The translations under genes and the position numbers were made by a program. A stretch of 44,874 nt of DNA, filler included, from Jimgerdemannia flammicorona (lineage: Eukaryota): the NCBI GenBank assembly GCA_003990765.1. It is 2 parts of 2 records of this genome, joined end to end, with 100 filler letters (N's around TTAATTAATTAA, not from the genome) between each part and the next. Parts side by side here need not be neighbours in the genome. Positions count along the whole stretch, not along the records: positions 1 to 22,392 come from RBNJ01001288.1; 1 more part is not named here. One strand, 5' to 3'. The notes below the pieces were generated by a model. The model was not told the origin of the DNA. It did not search any database and worked only from the letters and a program-made list of their open reading frames with translations. How positions within the stretch are numbered: position 1 is the first letter of the stretch; every line of letters begins with the position of its first letter. This document shows positions 12,189 to 22,492 of the stretch, one piece after another.

Positions 12189-12649
12189 ACCTACACCAGA
12201 TGACTTTGAATAGATTGTGTGCAAACACCATTTAGCATACTTGGCGCGAGTGCGTTGTTAATATATTTAGTAATAGACCTCGTTGTCCGGTTTCAGCTAT
12301 CCTGTGATTGGTCACCTTCTAACTTATTCTCTACTTTCGTCCAATTCATCGACATTATTCTGCCTTTTTTTCACTTCAGTTAAACATTTTATTTATGTAT
12401 TTATTCGTTATTTGTTTGTTTGTTTTTGAAATTCGAATGGTGTGGCTCCTTATTTTCTGATAGGTGATACATACTACGCCTTGAACCATTTTAAATGTTG
12501 TGACCTGAAATATCCGGCACGCGGACGATGTTTCGCTGTATTTACTTTTGTATTTATTTATTAAAACATTCCCAACATATCTGTAAAACGTCCTGCCTTT
12601 CCAAAGTCGGTTTCTCCTTGATGAACGTGCAAAGGATACGACTACACGA

Positions 12650-13690
12650 TCATACACCACCGGTAGCATTCAACCACAACGAGTACCACTCCATCGCGTG
12701 CTGGTTTTGTGGTACATCCCAGCCCAGAGCATTGTTATAAGCAACCACTTGCGCGTATGTTTGATTCATCCATCGTAGGTTATAGGCGCCGCTGAGCTCT
12801 CCCGTGCGGTCCTGACCGTGGCCTGAGTGTTGAAATATGACAGATGTGGAAGCGATGGTCAAGGGGGGTTGGTACGGTGTTGAGGGTAAACGATACGAAA
12901 CTGAGGAACAGGGGGATACGAACCACAATGGAAGTACCAAACGATATTTTTTTTGGTGCTGGTCGACGAAGCTCCGTGGACCTTCTTGTTGAGCAATTCG
13001 ATGCGATCCGGCAACTTGTCGTAATCCCACTGGCGGAAAGTCCGGGCAAGCGCGTCGCGGGTGACGGGTGGCTGGTCCGCGGGTGCAAGGGTTTCGCCGC
13101 CCAGTTCCCACCACACGAGTTCGGCGATCTGATTAGCGGGGCAAGCCGATCCGTTATTGGGGTTGGTAATTCAATAAACTGCAAGTATCACCAAGCAGCG
13201 CTCCAGCGCCACGTCGTGGTGACTCTCACCAGATCCGTGTGATTAAGGGCAAAAGACATTTCGGTATTCAAGGCATCGCTTTCCGATGGATCGGTGTGGT
13301 TCAGTAAGGTGATGATATGGAGCTCGATGGGGGTCGTAAGCGTCGGGGCTACGGTGAGAGTTCGAATGTGAGCCGGTGGGCGACATGGTGCAAAACAAAA
13401 ACCAAGCCGATAACAAATGAGACCCTATTGATACCCTGAAACTGCGGTCCCTCGAGTGCCGATCGGTTGACGAGATATGACACCAGGGCATCGTAGGCGA
13501 ACACGGGCGGATTCAGCGTCTCGGGTAGATTGCCGCGGAACAGATACGTATTCGTTGGCTTGCTGTAGTCGACAAGATGGATGCGGTCGTAATTGAGCGG
13601 TTCGACGCCTGCGAGCACGGCGACAATGGCCGTGGAGGCTAGGAGGAGAAATAAAAGTGTCTTCCCCCAGACAATAGGCGGCACGGACAT
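12650..13690 (-). CDS. Secreted cysteine-based (PTP/dual-specificity fold) phosphatase-like protein, ~250 aa
   Basis: Exons 13690-13435, 13348-13230, 13128-12924 and 12822-12650 are phase-consistent. Signal-peptide-like N-terminus (KTLLFLLLASTAIVAVLA-GVEP), YLFRGNLP motif, spliced active site WYFHCGHGQDRTG (CX5R), and five N-glycosylation sequons (NRS, NHT x2, NQT, NAT). Confidence 0.85.
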
Positions 13691-15316
13691 GGTCGTGATG
13701 GAAGCAGGTGCTGCGAGTCTCACCAAGGGGTCGAATTAATATTATTCACCGACGTCCTTCCTTGTCCCACAGTTGTCAAGGAAATAATTGGTCGACTGCG
13801 GTTCCAGAATGCGAGGCTGAGTATCTTTGTTTTGCTTGACCGATCCCAAACTGGTTTATATTATAACCTGCAAGTGAACCTCACATGACAATGAAGCCGA
13901 CACAGAATCACGTATCCCGCAAGATAACATTTTCTACGCATTAACCAGGGTGTGTGCCCTTCGTTACCTTGCGAGAAAGCCAAATCGTCAATCGTAGTGA
14001 CCGAAGTGCTCTATTATGAGAGGAAGAGATCCTGAACTTCGAGAGGTTGGAATGTCTTGTGGGAGAACAAAATCGGGTTAACTGTTTTGACATCTTGTAT
14101 GGAGGGCAACATGGAAAAATTGCCGTCATCGTCAGGGATTCCAAGATATCAGAAATAGCGGTTTCTTTCTTGCGTCATGTGGCACGTTGGCGCCGTCTCT
14201 AGTCGTGGTACAATAATGGGACGGATACTGGGGCCGGTGATATGTTTAGAGGAAAGCACAGCACATTAATTCTTGAGCGACAGAAAGGGGGTAGTGGAAT
14301 TTTCGCATGAATGACATTCCCACTATCTCGTGAAAATGTATCGAGAGAGTGATATATCACGGCAAAGTTCCTTTGTTTATTATAGAGGATGAAAAGCGTA
14401 AACTTCTGAATTCATGTTTATCTGACATTCCGTTAGTTGCCAGCGATCAAGGAAGTAGCAGATTACATCGAGGTGGGCGCGCTGCAAGCTAGCATAAGCT
14501 TGCTGCTGATCTTGTCTTACAGTGCGGTTGATTGTTTAAGATGGAAGTGGAAATGGTTCGATTAGCTTCTGTCAAAAATAAAATGAATAAAAATTCGCAA
14601 TCAACCAATTTGTCGCTATCCGATAGTTCAGCGTTAAGAACCTTTGCAATGCGCGACGAAACCATCTTGTGGAGGAGATGAGCTGCAAGTAAATCTCACG
14701 TTTTTTCGATATGCATCAGACTAGCTATCTTTGCAATTCTCTCAACGTGCGAACGACCACGTCAAGCTTGTTCTGGACCCAATATATATTTCCTATAGGA
14801 TAATCTAGGTATGTGAAATGGCGATGATGGCCGACAGCTTGTCAAAGCCGAGGTCGGTGCACGTTCCAACTTGATCCTCGATTACATGACATTGCTCGGC
14901 AAATTGGCAATAATGAAAAATATCATGCGGCAAATGCGGAGGCTCTCTTAGCACATCTGATACCCCCGGGAGCGTGGTCGATGTCGATGTTAGTATAGGG
15001 CACGTGTTTTGGTCCTAATCAAGTGTGGAACAATGATGCGGAGGGTCCTTGTAAATCGTTCGCGAAAGCCGAACGGTTATATGCGTATCCTCAAGACCTT
15101 TCCATAGGCTTATGCGGCACCTTACGTGGGCTATGGTGTTGACCAGATAAAAGTGTACAAATAGGATAGGTTGCGAAGATAATAAAGGGCAGATTTTGGA
15201 CTATCGGAATTCTGGCAAGAATCGTGATATCAGAATACTGGGTCATTTTTCAGGGTTGCCAGGGGCTACAGACAAGTTTGCGACGCAAAATGATCACCCT
15301 TTTCTGCCTTTTGATA

Positions 15317-16170
15317 ATGTCTTCTACCTCCTACGAAACCAAACAACCTCTCCTTCTCGACCGTGAATATCCCTGTTTGCCACCTGAACTGGTATGCGAG
15401 GTGATCGGCCATGTCGCGGCAAAAATCAGCCCCTGGAAAGGTGTATCCGATTCATTCCTCGACCTGTTTGCCAGCCCCTTGGTCTGCACAACCTGGAATG
15501 ACGAGGCCCGCCAGCGGATCACTGAGGACACCTTCTCTGATCTGTTTTATGGTTCGGAGACGATCGCCAACATCAGGCGGATGGCCGAGCTGCTCAAGGA
15601 AGCTCACAAATATGGACTCCATTACCATACCTTGATAGAGAGCATGGAGATTCGGTTCTCCGCTTGCTTTCCCGAACCCGAATTCCAGCAAGCACTCGAA
15701 GGCTATGCGACCATCCTGGCACTCTGCCCACCCAACTTCTCCAAGATCAGTATCCGACAGGTCCCGAAGCCGTTGGATATTCCCAACAAGGAAATTGATG
15801 CTTTCTTCGACCGCATTAAAAACCTCACCCCCTACCGATCACCAGACTCGAATTACATGGCTTCCACAACTCCGCCGCCAGCTCCGTCTTCTCTCACTCT
15901 GTTGCCAGCTTCTTCATCTCTCACTCTGCCACCCTAAGGGGGCTTTTCCTCAGCTCCATATGTCTCAACGGGGCCATGACACTCGCACTGCGCCTCTGCA
16001 CTCAGTTACGCATGGTGGGAGCCCAAAACGTTAAGAAAGGCGAACTGTTCGTCCTGCTCCCCGGAGCTAAGGAGTTTCTGGTACGGCGACAGTAACAGTA
16101 AAACGCTTGATAGCGACAGAAAGATCGTTAATGAACTGAGAAAATCGTGCCCATACTTGACAGACTTCAG
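15317..16170 (+). pseudogene. F-box / leucine-rich-repeat protein, frameshifted
   Basis: N-terminal F-box-like LPPELVCEVIGHV...LFASPLVCTTWNDEA. Downstream LRR-like segments lie in other frames (ITRLELHGF...TLRGLFLSSICL...LCTQLRMV; ELRSFWYGD...LRKSCPYLTDF), followed by a GT donor at ~16170. At least two frameshifts; a copia LTR follows ~250 bp downstream. Confidence 0.65.
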
Positions 16171-16423
16171 GTATGCCGACCTGCCGTGGCGCATCGTTGG
16201 TCGGGAGGTCGGGGGTCTGGGGATGCGGGGTTTTTTTTGGCATTTTGATAAGTTGGGATCGGTGCAAGGGTGAGGGTTTTGGAGGGTTAGGAGGAGTGGG
16301 ATTGGTTTTATGAGTATTTGAGCTGCGTTCTCACTGTTGAGAAAGATGTCATTGTTAATGAAAAATGATTATAGGATCCACGTGTCCTTCGTTCTGACTT
16401 GTTCCTCGCTCGCATATATATAT

Positions 16424-16619
16424 TATTGGTTATTATTATGCATCTCGATAATGTGGCTTAGACACGTGATACTTTGTAACTACGTCATCTTTGAGCTACG
16501 TCATCTTTGAGCTACGTCATCTTTGAGCTACGTCATCTTTGAGCTACGAATACGTGCTATCTGGAATAATAAACAAAGCCCTCTTCTCCCCACTCCATAT
16601 TCCCAACTAAGATACAACA
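16424..16619 (+). repeat. 5' LTR of copia element, with an internal 16-bp tandem repeat (x4.3)
   Basis: Shares TTATTATGCATCTCGATAATGTGGCTTAGACAC...CTATCTGGAATAATA...CAACA with 21334-21417. CTACGTCATCTTTGAG starts at 16480, 16496, 16512 and 16528. Confidence 0.88.
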
Positions 16620-16621
16620 AA

Positions 16622-16635
16622 GGTTATGAGCCCTG
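16622..16635 (+). promoter_or_regulatory. Primer-binding site, half-tRNA-iMet type
   Basis: GGTTATGAGCCCTG lies 2 nt after the LTR end and matches the Ty5/Drosophila-copia type PBS, which pairs with the anticodon region of initiator tRNA-Met. Confidence 0.8.
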
Positions 16636-19048
16636 GTTAGTGGCTAATCAGAAACACCTTTTTAAGACTGTATGCTACTTTATGCTAAGATGTCATAACT
16701 AACAAATCAAGGAGTTAGTGTGAGTATATCAGTCACAGTAGGTGTGGGTACTCTCAGAATAGATATGATGGTCACAGTTCCCACAGCAAGCATAAACACA
16801 GCCAAGAGGTCAATTCCTATCTTTGATGATAAGGATTATGCTATTTGGGCACTTCATATGAGTAATCTTCTGGAGAAGTATAACTTAATAGAATATATAA
16901 AATTATAAATATAGATTTAAGATTATAATATTATAAACAATCACTAAATATTATAAGAGATCATTTTTATATGATTAAACTAGCAAATAAAGCTTATAAT
17001 ATACACTATGATAGTCTACAATGTGTGAGAGACTCTATGCAATTATTATATATATTCTTATTAAATTAGTTTTATCTGAAATCTCAGCTTATTCAATTTA
17101 TAAATAAATACTAAGAAAAGTATTATAAATATACTAATTATATCAATGATCTGGTGAATCAGATGAATTCTCTGAGTATGCCAATAGAGTATATCAGTGA
17201 TAAAGACAAGATTTTAATCCTTATAAGAGATCTCTCTAAGATAAATAATAATTATATATAAGAGTAAGAAACTTACAGACTATATATATTATATAATAAT
17301 AAGTCTCATTAATGAAGAGATGTGTCAAGGAAATAGTAGTAATAATGATAATGAGAAAGCATTCTATAGATCATATGATAAGATAAAAAGCACTAATAAG
17401 ATCAAAAATATAAATCTAAGTTTGATATAAACTATTATTACTATAATAAATATAAATATATATAAGAGTAATATTAATTGGTATATGTTTGAGCTGAAAG
17501 CTGACAAGTATATATTTCTTAGATATTCTGATAAGATATATTAACTTTAAGATCTATATAAATATTATATAGTAATCTTGCATAATATATAGTTTAACAA
17601 AAAAGAAAATTAGGAACTCTATATAGATATATCTATTAGAATCTCTACTTCAACATCTACTTCAATATCTACTTTAATATTTATATCTCAGCCAATATAA
17701 GTATGTATAACATCTGGTATTAACTTTTTTAATAAAGTAAAATTATTTTTAACTATTATATATATCTGAGCCAGAGTTATCTAAACTAAGAATAATAGAG
17801 ATTAAAGATATGTAACAAGACTAATAATGATAATAAAGAGTCTATCAAAAATAAGAAAAAGTCAAAATATAAGTTTAGAAATAAGACTTATTCTAATTTA
17901 GAGAGTTATTAGAATATATTAAAGATATCTCAATATAAGAACTATGTGAGCTATATTGAGATATATAAATATATATTTATTATAACTTCTGGCAAGCCAA
18001 GTATATATAATAAAGTAATAACTTCTTCTAACAATAAGAGATAGAAGTAAGCCATAGATAGAGAGTATAATTTACTTATCAAGAATAATATGTAGGATCT
18101 AGTACTTCTTCTGATCAATCAATAAGCCATAGAATTATATTAAGTTTATAAAATTAAGTATAAGTATGATAGAAGTATAAAATAGTATAAAACTTATTTT
18201 ATTGCTAAGAGTTATTTACAAGATTATAGTATAGACTATGATGAGATATTTTTGCCAATATTCAAACTTACTTTGCTAAGAATACTTCTTATAATTAGTA
18301 CTATACACAATCTGAAAATCTATCAGATAGATATAAAGATGGCTTTTCTTAATAGTAATATAGATATAGAGCTATATTGTCAACTATAAGAATATGAGCA
18401 GAATGATGACCTCATATATAAACTATATAAAGAATTATATAGCATTAAGTAAGCAGCTTATTTATAGAATAGAAAAATTAATAAATATCTTCTTAATAAA
18501 TAATTTTATATACTGTAAAGTAGATAATTACATATATATTCAATACCATACCAATGAAGTAATATTTATAGATATATATATAAATAGATGATATAATTAT
18601 TATTATAATAAAAAGTAAGCTTAATAGAGTCAAAGAAGTCCTATATAAGGAATTCAAGATGATAGATATGAGTAATGTATTCTTCCTTTTGGAGATATCT
18701 ATTATATATAATAGAAGTATATATATTATATATTTCTTATAGTTAATATATATCTAAGCTATCCTCAAACAATTTAATATGAGTAAATATAAGTCTATCA
18801 GTATCTTTATAGAAATATCTATAAAGTTAAAAAAGTTTAAAACTGATAATAATAAAAACTATATCAATATTTCTTATTAACAAATAGTTGGATCTCTTAT
18901 ATATATATCTCATACTAGAAATGAGACCTGATATCTCATATACTATAAATAAGATAGTATAATATTTATGTATCATACTATATACTCACTCTCAATAAAT
19001 TGAGTAGGAGTAATAGTAATATATAATAATAAAGACAATAGTATATAT

Positions 19049-20216
19049 AGTTATTACACTTCTTTCTCCACTACCTTACCAATTATAAAGTTTGGTAGAT
19101 AACCTTCTAAGTCTTCTTTCCTCTATTATTACCCCCTCTACCTTAGATTGGTTTACTGTATCTGTAAGAGCATGGTAAAAGGAGGGTAATGATAATGAGT
19201 TACCCTTTTGTCAGTATCAGATTAGTATCTTCTTTACTTTTTTACAGTTTCCAGTACCTTCAGCTGCATCTGAGATACATATACTCATTTTGGTGCAGTA
19301 TCTTCTTTCTTTTGTTATTATCAATAAGAAGTTATTTTGGTATATTACAGATTATATAGAGAGTTGGCCAATCTTGGATATCAAGTGCCTAGTATAGGTT
19401 ACCTGCAGGTTCTTGGTACCTATGGTAGAGCTTTCTGGTATTGGCAAGCTTCTCAGTGAGTATGGTTCTGATATAGATAACTACTTTTTGAGTGATGTCA
19501 AGATAGGAGGGAAGATAGCCATCACAGATAAAAAGAAGAGTAATAATGATGAATCAGTAGAGTACCAGGCTGGGAGTAGTCATTGGGGCTAGAGTGGGTA
19601 CTGCTTCAGTAGAGCCTTTTGATTGATACAGAGTAATTAGATGGTAGGTATCACTTCTAACTTCTTTTGATAATTCAGTAGGTTGGGCCCTGATCATTGA
19701 GAGGGTTGGGGAGTCTGAGGCTACCTATTTCAGGTATCTTAGCTACACTCAACTAAAACTAAGAGCTGATACAGCAATATGATCAAGGTCTACAGACTTG
19801 AGTAAGGGGTCTTCTCCCATCTTATGTATAAGTTCTCTACTCATCTCATCTGAGAGAACTAGGCCCTATCCACTATAATGTACTTTGATGAGGGTTTTTT
19901 CTTTACCTATTATTCTCTTTAGGGTAGTAGAGACTATTCTATTTAGCTCAGATATAGTCTTATATATATATTGGGGTTTTGGATATACACTTTCAGTTGT
20001 TAGCATATGACTGAGTTCTCTCTGATAGTAGAGAGAGTATAGTGTATAGAATGAGATATAGACCAACATAGGCCCTACTACACCTAGTATGGTTAAGCTG
20101 CTGGACAATAGTTAGTCTAAATTAATAGAGGAGCAGTACTTAATGGGTGGTAGGGGAGAGTTTTGGCCTATATAGTCTAGGTTCTCTTCTAATAAAAATC
20201 AATAAGACTTTGAGTC

Positions 20217-20288
<72 letters not shown>
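19049..20288 (+). mobile_element. ~1.2-kb polyadenylated non-autonomous retroposon, copy 1 (inserted in copia pol)
   Basis: AATAAA at 20191, a 68-nt poly(A) at 20221-20288, flanking direct repeat AAAGACAATAGTATATAT (19031-19048 and 20286-20303), and full-length similarity to the reverse complement of 38189-39437. Confidence 0.85.
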
Positions 20289-20290
<2 letters not shown>

Positions 20291-21099
20291 CAATAGTATA
20301 TATCTATCTAATATATATAATACTAATTAGGCTAGATACTTAGATAATCACTGATTTACAACTAGATATCTCTTTTAATTAAATGATAAAGAAGTTATAT
20401 TTTGATAAATACATAAGTAGAGTTTAGTAGTAATATCATCTATATAAGTATCAAGTATTATCTACAATAATAAAGAAAGTTATTTAATTATATTAGCTAT
20501 TAAAGAAACTTAGATTTGATCAGAAATGATACTCTATTCTCATTTATTAAGATAATTAGTCTATGATTACTATAGTAAAGAATCCTATTTATTATAGCAG
20601 AATAAAGTATATTGATATATGTATAATACTATTATATATATAAGAGAATATATAGAAAATAAAACTATATACTTAGAATATATCTCTATAGAGTATATGA
20701 TTGCAGATTTACTTACTAATGCTCTTCCAAGACCTAAATTCAAGCAATACACTAAAGAATAAGTCTTATGGCAAACTATATACTAATAATAGGTAATTAT
20801 AGAATATTTTATAATAAAAAGAAAGCAGAAAAATAATATAATATATCTCTCTCTTTAAGCATTTTATTGTATTATTATTCACTAGTTATTCTTCTTCTTC
20901 TTCTATATTTGAGATTTTCTACCATCAGAATCTATCTATATTTTTTATTTTTACTATAGTTTCTTAAGCTTTAAGTATAAGTAAATAGTATTCTTTTAGT
21001 ATATTTACAGTTATTTTGCAGTTATTGCTTAGTTACATTACATTATATTCCTGCTTATATTGCATATTATCTAATTGAGCAAAAGTGTTGAAATTCTTA

Positions 21100-21333
21100 T
21101 CCCTTAGATGATAATGCAGCTAAATTTGGCTTTAAATTTTTGAAAATTCATAAGTCTGAAAATTATAATAACTTTTTAAATATACTTTTTTTTACCTCTG
21201 GGTAAAATTTTATGAAATTAAAATTAGATGAATTGAGTTATATTTTTAATAGAAAATGCAAACTTGAAAAAATCAGATATTCTCAATAAAAAAATCACTG
21301 CTAAAAAGACGTTCCCATATACCATCTAAGGGA
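21100..21333. mobile_element. MITE (~234 bp) inserted in the copia 3' LTR
   Basis: Terminal inverted repeats TCCCTTAGATG (21100-21110) and CATCTAAGGGA (21323-21333), with TTA on both sides and an AT-rich interior. Removing it restores a contiguous LTR start TGTTGAAATTCTTATTATGCATCTCG. Confidence 0.72.
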
Positions 21334-22144
21334 TTATTATGCATCTCGATAATGTGGCTTAGACACATGATTCTTTGTAACTACGTCACTCGATGCGCTA
21401 TCTGGAATAATACAACAATTGGTTAACTGTTCACTTTTTCTCTTTCATTATTTGCATTATCATATTATTTCTAATTCTGTGTGTCATCATAAGTTAAATA
21501 AAATGCGCAAAAGAAAATGACATTATTGCCATAAAAAAACGTAGAACAAACGTTTTTCTATACTATGTTTCTTTACGTGAACCGTTCCCTGACCATTTTG
21601 TGATTATGCAAATGCGTTGCATGTCACTTAAAAAGGTCGCTAACAGGTCGATATTCTCAGAAAAATTTCCGGAACTCCCATATCCAAATGTTTGAGTACT
21701 GAAGCAAGGACTCAACTATAATGTCCATCATTAAACAAATAAATATTTTATTACCCTCTTGAGAAGGATGAAGATATAATTATAACAAATCGTATTTAAG
21801 AGGTCGCCCCGAACTCGGCCATGAGCAACCTCACAAAGAAATTAAGAAAGAAATAATATTACATAATGGAGAACAAAAGATATAAATTGGAACAGTCAAA
21901 CAAAAGCAGTTCTATTAATGGTCAATTGGGGATTTTGTGAACTTAGAACTGCTTTATTCAATACATTCTTAGGGGTGTTTATACAATTACATACACCAAG
22001 GAAGGGAGAATTAATGTGCTATCTATGCTTGTAATACACTGAGGTCATTGGCATGGAAGGTCTTGCCAGCACCACACATATGCTTTTCGTTCTTGTTGAC
22101 TGCATAGTGGCGTAGTACAGCCAGCACTACGCCACTATCACACC

Positions 22145-22392
22145 TAGTGCTCCGCAAACCCGACCCGATTAACCCGAAACCCGACCCGTAAAACAGCCAA
22201 CCCAGAATTAGACGTCACCCGTCTTTAACCCAACCCGGAATTATACGTCACCCGTCTTTAACCCGACCCGGAATTATACGTCACCCGTCTTTAACCCGAC
22301 CCAGAATTGTACGTCACCCGTCTTTAACCCGACCCGGAATAATACGTCACCCGTCTTTAACCCGACCCGGAATAATACGTCACCCGTCTTTA
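22145..22392. repeat. 33-bp tandem repeat (~6 copies, runs into gap); possible subterminal array of a DNA transposon end
   Basis: Unit ACCCGACCCGGAATTATACGTCACCCGTCTTTA with period 33, preceded by TAGTGCTCCGCAAACCCGACCCG with ACCCG motifs. The transposon assignment is inference. Confidence 0.8.
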
Positions 22393-22492
22393 NNNNNNNN
22401 NNNNNNNNNNNNNNNNNNNNNNNNNNNNNNNNNNNNTTAATTAATTAANNNNNNNNNNNNNNNNNNNNNNNNNNNNNNNNNNNNNNNNNNNN
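22393..22492. other. Assembly gap with artificial spacer
   Basis: A 100-nt block of N with TTAATTAATTAA (stops in all six frames) at 22437-22448, typical of a contig-joining linker. Confidence 0.95.

Larger units (their letters stand above)
16424..21417 (+). mobile_element. Ty1/copia LTR retrotransposon relic (internally deleted, hypermutated)
   Basis: 5' LTR ~16424-16619 ends in CAACA; PBS at 16622. Gag N-terminus IPIFDDKDYAIWALHMSNLLEKYNL, integrase C-terminal remnant at ~17490-17600, RT remnant (*K*AIDREYNLLIKNNM*DLV at ~18040; IKMAFLN), RNase H remnant (IADLLTNALP at ~20700). Degenerate PPT followed by TGTTG at 21086; the 3' LTR 21086-21417 matches the 5' LTR. Confidence 0.9.

Noticed and set aside
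16425..21422. ATTGG as the copia target-site duplication
   Set aside because: The upstream ATTGG overlaps the probable mutated LTR start (TATTG for TGTTG), so the TSD is ambiguous and not claimed.
22437..22448. TTAATTAATTAA palindrome
   Set aside because: It is embedded in Ns and is an artificial six-frame-stop linker. Adjacency across this gap should not be trusted.
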